A stretch of 64,000 bases of DNA, from positions 4,092,001 to 4,156,000 of the forward strand of contig OZ361258.1 of NCBI GenBank assembly GCA_977018835.1, written 5' to 3'. Source of the stretch: Minutocellus sp. GHC0000111 (taxonomy: Eukaryota). The translations under genes were made by a program, and so were the position numbers. Every line of letters begins with the position of its first letter. Positions within the stretch are counted from its first letter, which is position 1. This document shows, one piece after another, positions 12,441 to 23,600 of the stretch. The notes under the pieces are model-generated. The model saw nothing but the letters and a program-made list of their open reading frames with translations. It was not told where the DNA came from and did no database searches.

Positions 12441-13859
12441 TCAAGCCCGGGCAATCTGCTGCCATTCTTCTCTCGTTGGCGGCCGGCTGTGGCCCCTATA
12501 AATGCTGTGCCGATGCTTTCGCTCTAGCTGATAGAGGCTCGCCCAATACGCGTCATAATCAGCATCGTCCGACGAAGGCTCGGGATCAAGCCAGCAAATA
12601 TCGCAGGCCTGGCCGCTTTGATTCCTCCAACGATATCCAAGGCGTTGGCCAACGCGAATCATGGTGGCAGTGAATGGAGGATGCCGTGCAAAAACTGTCC
12701 AACGACCTGCCTCGTAGTATTCCGCAGAAGACTTGTCCAGCACCGCCCACGGTAATTTGCCTCCCTCGAGAGTGGACATGGGACGAGGATGCGACAAGAC
12801 TCTGCTCCACGCGGTAAAGAATATCGATGCATCATCGACCGACATGAGTTTGGTCCCTGGTCGGCCATAGATGCGCGTGTCAAATATTTTGAGTATCTTG
12901 AGAGATGGAAAATGGTGCGGCTCGATATCTCGAATGTCTCCCTCAAACGAACGACAGTTTTGTAGATTCAACAGAGATAAGGACGGCAGATTGGCAAGGC
13001 TCATCAGGTTGCCACTATTCAAAACGGAATTCAATCGAAGGTACTCCAGCTTCTCTAGTCCCGCCAAGGAAGATAAATCGCCGTTGCAAATGATCGAGTC
13101 GAGACGGAGCTCTCTTAGTTTCGTAAGCCGAGCAATGCGAGTCAAATTGAACGGAAGGATCATGTGTCTATTGTCCATGCTTCTGACAACTAGACGTTCT
13201 AGACGATCCAACTGGAAGATGGTGTCAAAAGCACGGCCAAATGTGCGGTCATCGAACAGTATCTCCAGCCGCTTCAAATGTTCCAGACTCCGCAATTGGT
13301 CAACGTCAAATGAGAGAGCACGCGTGAGAGACGAACCAACGAGAACCTCCTCCACCTTTGGCAGCACATCTCGGCCAAACTTTGCCAGGTTCGATGCCAG
13401 CGGTTCATTCTGAACGACGAGTCCCTCATTTACGGTAACAAGCTTCGACGCGGCTCTGAGCGATCGGCACACACGTGCCCGAAGGACATCTCGAAAGCCA
13501 AGGAAGCCCAACACCCTGGCCACCAGCTCATTCGTCAGCAGGTCACAAAAGTTGTTGGTGGTGGCGCCTCGAGCTGGCGCTGGGGAAGGCGAGGCTGCGG
13601 TATCGGCACATTTTGCACCCGGAAGAGATGCTGCACCCTCTTCTGCGCTATTTTCAGCGTTTGTGGTGTCGCCTATGCGTGGCCGCTTGGCCGCCTTTGA
13701 TGGCCCCCCATCGTTCATACTTACCATGGTACTTCCGAGGGCCTTGGTACTTCGAGCGAACTGACTTTGGCGCTTCTTCGAGTGGTCAGCCGGCCAGCAG
13801 CAGCCAGCCGTACCTAGGTAGCCGTAGCCAGCTGCTTGTTGGTTTGGTCTTTCCGTCAC
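12441..13859 (-). CDS. F-box-like / leucine-rich repeat protein (start may be 13727)
   Basis: LLTNELVARVLGFLGFRDVLRARVCRSLR is F-box-like. LRR units include GDLSSLAGLEKLEYLRL and GNLMSLANLPSLSLLNL. The C-terminus carries the RLGYRW...C.I.WLDPEP motif typical of diatom LRR families. Confidence 0.75.
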   Translation of the reverse strand: MTERPNQQAAGYGYLGTAGCCWPADHSKKRQSQFARSTKALGSTMVSMNDGGPSKAAKRPRIGDTTNAENSAEEGAASLPGAKCADTAASPSPAPARGATTNNFCDLLTNELVARVLGFLGFRDVLRARVCRSLRAASKLVTVNEGLVVQNEPLASNLAKFGRDVLPKVEEVLVGSSLTRALSFDVDQLRSLEHLKRLEILFDDRTFGRAFDTIFQLDRLERLVVRSMDNRHMILPFNLTRIARLTKLRELRLDSIICNGDLSSLAGLEKLEYLRLNSVLNSGNLMSLANLPSLSLLNLQNCRSFEGDIRDIEPHHFPSLKILKIFDTRIYGRPGTKLMSVDDASIFFTAWSRVLSHPRPMSTLEGGKLPWAVLDKSSAEYYEAGRWTVFARHPPFTATMIRVGQRLGYRWRNQSGQACDICWLDPEPSSDDADYDAYWASLYQLERKHRHSIYRGHSRPPTREEWQQIARA

Positions 13860-14025
13860 CCGTCTTTTCCCAGGAGGTCAAATAGGTTATGAGTCAAACA
13901 GTCCCACCATTCGTCACTTGTTCCAATGCAATGGCCTGGACTGGACTTACTGGATCTACCGCTAGTCTCTAGTACAATGTCGACCGCCTAGTAGAAGCCA
14001 TATAATCTACTAGGAGCCATCGATA

Positions 14026-15799
14026 ATGGAATCGGAGATACAAGATTGGTGGGAATCGAGCGGGCTTCACATTTGTCAGCACGGGGTATGCTACGAAAGC
14101 GAAGGCCGCTATCGTCCACTGACATCAATCGATAAGTCAAGTTCGGCAATAGACATTGGCATTGCCGTGCGAAACCATTACTACCAAAAGTGCAAAAGAA
14201 ATGGAAGTCATTACAAAAATCTCCCTTTTTCATTGATGGTATTGGGTAAATTTGTTAAGAATCTCCTACACGCAAATGCATCATCTTCAAATGGGTGCAA
14301 CTCGTGGTGTTCAGTTAGCACCGATGAGGCACTTTTATATTCGTGCGGATGCATGGGACTCCAGCCTAAACGAAGCGATAACTTTATGGATCACATCAGC
14401 GCAAAAGGGAGTGAAAGTAAGTGTCGTTGGAGTGTTTCTGGGAAATCTTTGAAAGAAAAGATATCAATCACTGCCAGTGCTCTCATAGAGTGCCGTGTTC
14501 GCTGTGTCCGAGCAAGCTGTGGGCACTGGATTGTCCAATCTCCAGACGTTAACGATCTCTCCATCCTACCGCAAATCATCAAGAGAGCGGTCTCGTCAGC
14601 CCTCAAGTTTCACCGTACTGGCAAGGCAGCAGGGGATTTTCCAACAAATAATGGGAATGCCGAGGCACAAGCTGATATTGAGACTGATTTTTCCGAAGCA
14701 CTTACTTTCGATGATAAGTCGATTGAGGCATCATCAGAAGCAATGGACCCAACAGAAGTACAAATAGAATCAGCTGCTAAGGTGCGAGTAGAACCGGATG
14801 CCTTTGTTCCTACTTGTACAAATGAAAAACAAGCCAAGCCAACAATACTTTTGTTTGGATTCACCCATCGGATAGAAACAAACGGGACCGATCCTGCTTA
14901 CGAAGACCTTCTCGACGAGGCTCGTTCTTACCAAAACATGCAGGACGAGCTTCCAGGTGCAGTAAGGGATAAAGCGCGGATTGTCCGACTTCGTCAATCT
15001 GGATTTGATACATTTTCTGTCTCGTTAAACAATAAGGATAACAATGACGGCAAGCATCACTATCGGGGAGATTTTTGTGCTCGTGGTTTTGTGGACGAGC
15101 TGGAAAAAGCGCTCAAGGATGTGGGGAAATGCCATCCTGTTCAGATCTGTGTCGACTGTAAGTATCACGGTGCCACAAAAGGAGCTTACATTGCAATGTC
15201 ATTGTCGCATGGATTCTATTTTATTCATCTTCAGTTCTTATGTTTCAATTTTGATCACCAAATCACATATTGCAGGGTATTACTGCCCAACGAATTGGGA
15301 TACAAGCCGATATCTCAAAACATCATTTTTCACCAAGACATTGCCCAAGATAGCATCGCTGTTGAGCATTGTACCCGTCGCACTTGACCAGGACAATCGC
15401 CCTATTCGTACCAGAAAACGAAAGCGACAAGAAGATGCGATTCCGTCGGGCGTTGTATTCATTCCCTTCACTCTTGGAATAGTAACAGAACTGTTCAAAG
15501 CGATAAGTGTTGTTGAAGATTCGTACGAGATATCTTTCTTGGGACGAGAGCACCTCATGATCGAGCACCCCATGTTTGCAGCTACGACTTCTATTCCAGA
15601 TGATGAAATGAAGCTGTTCAATAAAAATCCACGGCCCGAAGATGGTTATGCAAGCGATCTCTTCAAGAACATTGATGGTGTGGGAAGTGCCGCCAACAAT
15701 GTGGATGTGGACAACTTGAAGGTCTATGTTTCAAACAAGTGCCCCGAGAGTACAAGGATGATCAAATTGACTGTCAACCGCATCTATGCAGAAATGTAA
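14026..15799 (+). CDS. Hypothetical protein, two exons (intron 15158-15275)
   Basis: A long ORF joins a second ORF in frame through a GTAAGT...TGCAG intron (VD-W-YYCP). No family recognised. Confidence 0.55.
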
Positions 15800-15965
15800 A
15801 ATTGGGCTTATGCAGACAGGTTATTTTGCATGTAGATCTATGTTTGGGCCATAGACGATCGGGCAAATATGACAAAGCAAGCTGCAAGAGCAATTCAAAT
15901 ATTAAAGGCAAGCATTCACAATATATTATTATAACGATCAGAAGCATTGGTATCATTGGCACCTC

Positions 15966-17749
15966 TCAGAAAATATCAATAAAGAATGGCAAGAGGGTCA
16001 AGGCAAGCACCAGGGAATACACCAATTTTATTCCACACCGAGAAGAATCATTGGCATCGGTTCCCCCGCCGATCGAACCAATTTCACTATTTTGGATTTG
16101 GTCTGGTTGTAACTCTGATTCATCTTTTGGCAGAGATGAAATCGATGCATCCTGGAATGGATCTTCTTGCATGAAAGGGGAAGGTGTAGGTTCGGTATCA
16201 TCAGAATCTGTCGGAATGGTTTTAGACTCATCATTATTCTCGGAAGCAACCGCTGGGGATACAGTTGGTTCTGCAACGCTTGTAGGCTCAGCGAGATCAC
16301 CAAGCACTTTTTTGCCACCACCATCTGTCTCAAGCCCAGCAGCTTCAGCGAAGACCTCGTTACAATCCCGATCGAGATTGCACTGACCGTTTTCTGAATC
16401 AAGAATGAGAGGGAGCATGTTCATCGCACAGTCATTGAGGAGCGCTTGCTCCGTGGCGCAAACTCCGCTACTGTAGTCGAAGCATCCGCAGGAGCTCTGG
16501 CTGGAGTAGTGGCCATTGAGGGCACACATGCCATGCTGAACAGTTTGGCAGTTTCCGAAAGTGTCGGGAAATGTAGCGCAGCTCTGGCATTCTTCATGAC
16601 TCGAGAGGCATGCCTTGATGGTGGCGAGCTCCGACGAGCATGCAAATATTTCTGCACATTCCTCTTTGCTAGGATACGGGCAGGCGATGGTGTCAGAAAT
16701 ACCAGTCCAAAAGGGGATGCCACTCTGCCGACCGCCTTGACGATTCACCGAGGTTGTCATCTCAAATGGAGTTTCGTCTACACATGTCTTGGCGTCGTTG
16801 TACTGATCGATGCAGCTTTCGTCTTGATAAGCAGGGCAAAAGTGGGTACCCGACGAGGGACAGAAGCTCGCGTACTGAGGACAAAAGTTGGATGATAGGT
16901 CGAGATGGCATTGGGCCTTTCGAAGATCATCGCAATCATCGATTGTGGGCGAGGTCCAACACGACCCGCCTCCCCATCCAGATGCTTTTGACGCACACTT
17001 ATTGAGTGCATCAATCTCTTTTGCTGCACCCTTTCGACTCGGTCGGTGCTTCAGTGGGGCTCTGAGTTGGCCTTTTTGTTGGACGCGGGGTGGGCTTGTC
17101 CCAAGGGAGGGGATCGCCAGAGCATATGTCCTTCGTATCGTCGTCGAGATCTATACAGTTGAGAGGAAGGCCAGCGAGGGAAAGACCGATGATCTCTTCA
17201 GGTCCGGGCTGGAACGACGGTCCTGACTTGCATCCGACCTTGCCCTGTCCCGGGATATTGGTGCAGTCTAGGTTGATTCGGATCTTCTTTTCCGGATTAG
17301 AGTTGACATTCGAATCGGAGGGTATCTTGACATCGCAGGAGCGACACTCTTTCGCACCGCCGAAGACATCGACGGCACAGAGTTCGTCAGACATGTAAAC
17401 GGTCGATTTAACCGAGGTGGTCTGCCCAGTCGCCGGATTGATAATCTTGACGTCCGTCGCTAGATTGGTCAGGTCGATCTCATCACTGCACCAAAAGAAG
17501 ATACATTGGGCGGTCTTGAAGGAGTGGGTGGCTTCGGTGCAGAACTCCACAGGGATGGCACGTCATGCATTTCTGCTTGCAGGTAGTAAGTTCGTTGAGC
17601 AGCAGATCTTTGCAAGAGCAGTCAAAGTTATCTCCCAGCATGTTCTGATAACGTCGCTGCATCTTTCGGCAGGCAGCGCTCAGCGACGACGCGAGCGGCA
17701 CGATGGATAGTGCCACAAAGGCGAAGATATTGTAGCCGCCAACAATCAT
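15966..17749 (-). pseudogene. Secreted Cys-rich cell-surface protein with PT stalk and hydrophobic C-terminus (GPI- or TM-like); two frameshifts
   Basis: The signal peptide ORF (from 17749), the 17550-17011 ORF and the 16760-15966 ORF join through frameshifts near 17545 and 17018. The frame EIDALNKCASK... runs open into MTTSVNR. The protein ends LVYSLVLALTLLPFFIDIF. Confidence 0.65.
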
Positions 17750-18176
17750 CTTGTTACTTATAGCTTTAAGGGAGGCAGCGTGCTTGAGGGATGGAAGCTC
17801 TGATGAAAAGTTTGGTAGCTGGGAAATATATCCGCTAATTGAATGATAATCTTAGCACGCCCCCATCAAGCTCTCTGATCGTTGCGAAGATATCCTGTGG
17901 GGGAAGTTGCAAACATCGGGTGTACGGTTGAAAGTCAGAGAACGCTTCCGGTCATTGCATCTGTCTTGTGGCTGTTGTGTGTAATGTCTTGCCACATCAT
18001 AAAGAAAGATAGACTCTCAATAACTCGTTTCTGCAATTTCCATGCGTTGAATGTGCGTTGCGGCAATGATGAATCTTGCTGAAGAATTTCAGAAGCAATC
18101 TTGCTATCTCAGTAGGGGGGACATCGACGCGAACGTGCCCACCCATCCCATCGCAAAGCCTTGATTCTTCACTACT

Positions 18177-20285
18177 ATGTCCCAGGGCAGTGACCTGCCC
18201 AACGAAATAGAATCACCAAACAGCAGCAGCGAGCTACTTTCAGCCCATCAGGAGCCAACAGCACCTCACATCAATCCACTCCTACCACTTTCGTCGCACT
18301 ACGCACTTTTGAACCAGACCCTCCTTCCAGCCTTTGCCAAGTCCCTCGCTCATCAGTCGTATTCCATCGCATACGCTGCCGGTGTGCAATTTATCGAAAT
18401 GGCGTTAGTGGGCATACCCTCGCACGCCTACATGTCGTCCGTTTCCGTCGGTCGGCTTGCTATTTCCTACTTTGATGCCGAAACATCGGTCAACACGAAA
18501 AAGAATTCCGAGGAAGTCGATTCTACCACTAGCAAGTACTATGCGGAGTCGACAGGCCAATGCGAAAGGGAACGCCAGCAAAGCATTCAAGATGCCGTGC
18601 GGGTAGCGACGCTGCTGGATGAGATGGTACGGACAGAAAAGGTCGGTGCAGATGCGGAAGAGACCCAACGCTTGCGTCAAATGGCCGATGAGGCCGCCTC
18701 GAGGGACGACATCAGCATATGTGGCATCGAGACATCGTGCGCCGATTGGACCAGCATCGTTGGAGATTTGGGTTTAGATGGTAACGATGGGGATCGAGAC
18801 GATTCGTCTGCTTCGCCGACGCCAGACCAGTCCATCTGGGATTGGGTCGCTGTTCATGCCGATAATGCATGTGGGAAGCTCGTGGACGAGATATGCTCAG
18901 GAAGTGATCAGGCATCGGCATCGTCAGCATCAGCAACATCTGAGCCGAACAGCAGTGCACGTGAAGCGTCACAGCAAGATGCAAATGACGAGCAGTTCCA
19001 GGCCGACATGGAACGGGCATTGTATCTATCAGGATTGGATGCTGCAAAAGTGGACAGCCTGAGAGATGACGACGATGAGGCCCGGAGGCGACGGAAAAGG
19101 CATAGACGATTGAAGGTTTCGGAACGACCCAAACCAGAATATGTGGCAACTAAAAAGAGGCATTATGATCGGGAAGAAGAGGACGGAACCCATAATCGTC
19201 GACATCATTCAGCAGTTGATGAAGGTAACAGCGCAATCAGATCTGATTCCGGTGGAAGAGATGGGCCAGAAGTAGAGCTGCCGTCGACAGAATCAGTTCC
19301 AGAGCAAATCCGATCACAACGCGCAAGAAAAATGGACACACTTAAGGCCTTGGCGGCCAACTGTAGAGACGACTTCCACGCTCTTCGGACGGCGAATCAA
19401 ATTCGCGTGTATCCTCTCAACACATATCAAGGACGAGTGTCTGGGTCTGAAATGGATGTACCGTCATTGCCCCGCTCATCGCTATTGCACACTTGAGAGG
19501 AGAGGGAGACTCGAAGAGGGTAAAATCCGATCAAAACGAAAAACAAAGCAATGTCAATATTCTCGCTGGCATGGATTGGGAGAGGGCATCGGCAACTTCG
19601 TCGTCGGATTTCCTGGTGGATGACGACATGATTGGCGTAAGCGACAAGATACGAAGGTGCCCCGGCCATACTTCCATCTATCCGAGCCAAGCTGCATTTA
19701 AATGGAAGCGCCTTTATCATTCCATCAGACGTTCACGATTTTCTAATTGATTCTGCCCTGCTAACACAAGACCAGTTCGTCGGTGTGAGCGGTGGCAACA
19801 TTTTTGACGAGGTGCACTTGAAATCATTTCTTTCTTCTCTCTCAGCGGACGATGCCTCCGACCGCCCGATCGCAGCGACTCTATTCTTTCATGAGCATGT
19901 TGTTTGTTTGCATCGTCTTGTTGTGAAGCAAAAAGTAGGGAATGCAAGCACCGTTTGGTTTGACTTCATTGACTCGTTGCCAGCAGAAAAGATGTTGTCT
20001 TGTGAACAGGAGGAGAGCGACGAAAGCTCTCTGAGCGAGAACGACATGACTCTAGGAGAATCTCGCGATGCACTCGAGGGATTAGAGATTAGTAATGGAT
20101 CAAATGAAAATGGTGTGAGACTGAGATGCTCAGATGCCGAGAGCCTGTTTGCAATGATCCGTTGGTATGCTCACTCGAAGCTCACTGATAATGATCGATC
20201 CTACATTGCGAGGTGTGCATGGAATGATTACAACACAGAATTTGATCCCAGAGTATTCCAGGCCTTCATTTGGAGCGGATCGTAG
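18177..20285 (+). pseudogene. Protein with USP8-dimerisation/MIT-like N-terminus, UIM-like motif and putative papain-like C-terminal domain; two frameshifts
   Basis: AYAAGVQFIEMALVGIPSHAY at the N-terminus; QADMERALYLSG is UIM-like. A frameshift near 19452 restores SENGCTVIAPLIA and one near 19660 restores AFIIPSDVHDFL, followed by FFHEHVVCLH and WFDFIDSLP. Confidence 0.6.
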
Positions 20286-20669
20286 AAGTATATCCGCAAT
20301 TGACGAAAAGGGGGCCCAGCACAATTGTAACTTTACCATAGAAGAAGTGCAATGAGTGTGGGATGTAAAAACTACCCGGTACGAAATCTCGGCCTATTAG
20401 TGTTGGGGCAAAATCTTGTCTGGCCGTCGCCCCTCAATTTCCCTCGTTTCAGCGATCGCGAGCAGGCTAGCACAAAAACGAGAAGCTCTGCGATCTTTTG
20501 GCACATACTAGCTAGTACTTGGTACAGGGGGCAACTACATTGTATTGCATGCTCATTTTCCGCCCCAAAGCACATAGCTGCAACGTCTTCCAACTATCAC
20601 CGTATCAACGCAACGGTGATAGCGTAACCTCATACACGGTCCAAGCAATAGTGAGTTCGCCTCGTCAGC

Positions 20670-23600
20670 ATGAAGTCGTCCACTCTGCACGTTGGGACAA
20701 TTCAACGAGGTGTCAAAAGCGATCTTTCAGACGAAGATTCCACCTCCGATGAGCCGGTTCTGGTCCAAATGCCGACAATTCAATCGCCAACTCTTCATGA
20801 ATGCGACGCCGGCCTTGACGTGGCAGGCATCTTTGCCACCGCATCCAATCCATTTCTGGTCAAAGGTACGGACGACATACGCGAGGCGTCGTTCAATGTG
20901 ACAGATCCGGAGCATTTGGCAGATGCCGCAATTGTTGATCCGAACCGGCCAATCGTCCCATTTTCAGATGCAGACATCGTTCGCTTCGTTGAAGAAGTAT
21001 CGACCCTCGACGATTTTGATAAGGAAGCTGCTGCCGTAGAAGACGACTACTTTCAAGACGACGAGATTGCTGATCTTGAATCCGGGCGTACAGCAACATT
21101 GAAGAAGAGACAGCAACAGCCGCAGAATCGTTCCAGTCTTATCGTTCCCGAACTTCCCACCGATCAAGAGAAGGAGGATGCCAAACGCCGATCAGTTGCC
21201 GTTACAGGCACGCAGCTGTTCCGGTATTTGTACAGTCTTGGCCTTCTTGTTTTCTCCATCGTCGTAGTGATGGCAGCTCTGTTCACTGGTAAGACTGCCG
21301 CCGCCGAGAAGAATATCCCTCCCGTGGGTGCATTTTTCATCTTTTGGTTCCTCATTATCTGGTTGGCCATGGTGAGTGCATGTGATGAGATCCTGTAACA
21401 TCCATGTGATGAGTTCCTGTAACATCCCGTAAGGACAGGTGGTTGCACTATTTGAGATCATACGAGTTATTACATTTTCTGGCTCTCTCTCACCAATCGC
21501 GATATGTGTCTATTCCCCTTTACGTTCTCTCACTATGCTTTGGCGATACGTAGATTGAAGGTGGCCAAGGTGCTCTCGTTGGTCTTCAGCCCACCGATAA
21601 GTCCAAATATTCAGACTCACACAAGAAAGCTCACAAATGCACATCCCTAGCACACAAGGGCGATAATATGGAGAGATTCATCGTCGGCCGACAGTTCCTT
21701 GTCGTTCTACTCGTTTTCCTAATCAATATGATGGGATCCACCCTCCCTGGATCATCAGTTCTTGACCTTTCAGACGTTGCCACGAATATCTTTCTTTCTT
21801 CCGGCCTTGCAATGATTCTCATTACCATTACTCTTGGGCAGCTTGCTGCCCAAGTGACGGCATCTTCATGCATGCTGGATTTCATCAACAACTACTTCAT
21901 GCTTTTCTCGACCTACATATCTCTTGGCATTGAGTTTAGCGGATTGCTCCATTGCGTCTACTTGGTCCAGATTTTCTTCGCCAAGATCACTGGGACCTCT
22001 ATCATTTCAAATGAAAATCCCAGATCAAGTTTGCGAAGAATTTTCTTCTGGCTTCGAGTGGGTCTATCCCTGACCGTTCTTTCTCTTTCATTCGCGGTAA
22101 CATTGAGCGCCATGGCTCAAGGCAAGACAACCGCCTGGAAAAGTATTCCCACAGGTGCATCTATCGCAATTTTCTTTGCCCTTATGGGCTTCATCGGTCT
22201 CATGGAAGGGATGCAAATTTCGTTGTTTGCAACAATGAATCTTCCAGAAGAGGATCTTGCAAAGCACCCAGCCGCCACGAAAACTTGTAAACTCGCTTTC
22301 AGTGGCATCAACCTGCAAGCGTTGCTCATCGGTCGCCAAATACTGGTGACATTGTGCATGTTCGTCGTTGCTAAGCTCTCATCTCTTGATGTTGCTATAG
22401 GTACCGGCGAAAACATTTTTGGAGTGTCTGATAGTGTGCAAGCTTTCTTTAATACGGGTTTGCTCGGTGCCATCATTACAACCATCGTGGCCTCACTGGC
22501 CTGGCGAATCGTTGCATCGTCATTTCCGATTGCCTTCCTTTCGAATCCAGCGATATATATTATCATCCGCATTTGCCTGATTCTAGAAAAATGTGGCATT
22601 TGCTCCTCAGCTTGGATCCTCTCTCGCTATCACAAAATTGCTTTTGGATATCAGCCCGATAACGTCTATCTCGAGGGCGATGAGCCGGTCACCTCTGCTC
22701 CGACAAATCGTAGAGACAAAGACATTGATCGTCTTGTGGGCGCCATCAAATATTTAGCCTCTCTTGGCTTGCTGTTACTTTCAATTCTTTTTTTCATGGC
22801 GGCAATCTTCACCGGCCAGACATCCGCTGCCGAGAAGAAAATCCCGCCTGTTGGGGCTTTCTTTATCTTTTGGTTCCTAATCATTTGGCTGGCCACGGTA
22901 AGTACTCTCATGGAGACTGAAACGAATGTTTGCTACAAAAAATAAAAAGTTCCTCTGGCTCACGAACTCATTAAATCACTTATACTATGTTCCTCCAGGT
23001 TGAGGGTGGACAAGGGGCCTTGGTTGGACTCCAGTCAGTTCCTGCATATGAGATTGCAAACGGGCATCCGGTCGCATATAAATGCACAGAACTTGCCCAC
23101 AAGGGCGATAACATGGAACGTTTCATCGTTGGACGTCAATTTTTGGTTGTTTTGTTGGTCTTTGTCATAAACATGATGGGATCGGCTAGTGGTGACGTCT
23201 CCGTCCTTGGCCTTCCAACTTCGCTCACAAACGTCTTCCTGGGTTCTGGCCTTGCACTTATCCTCATCACAATTATGCTAGGACAGCTCACGGCCCAAGT
23301 CAACGCAGCGAACTGCATGATGGACTTTATCAACAACTACTTCATGCTATGTTCAACATATGTGTCGCTGGGCATTGAATTCAGTGGACTGCTTCATTGC
23401 GTCTACCTGGTGCAACTCCTCTTTGCCAAATTCACTGGTATTCGTATTGAATCAAAGGAGCCACCAAAATCTGTCGCGCAAAAGACATTCTTTTGGGTGC
23501 GGATAGCGATATCTCTTTCGGTACTAGGAATATCCCTTGCGGTCACATTGTCTGCCTTATTCAATGGCAAGACTACAATGTGGGACTCCGTCCCCCCTGC

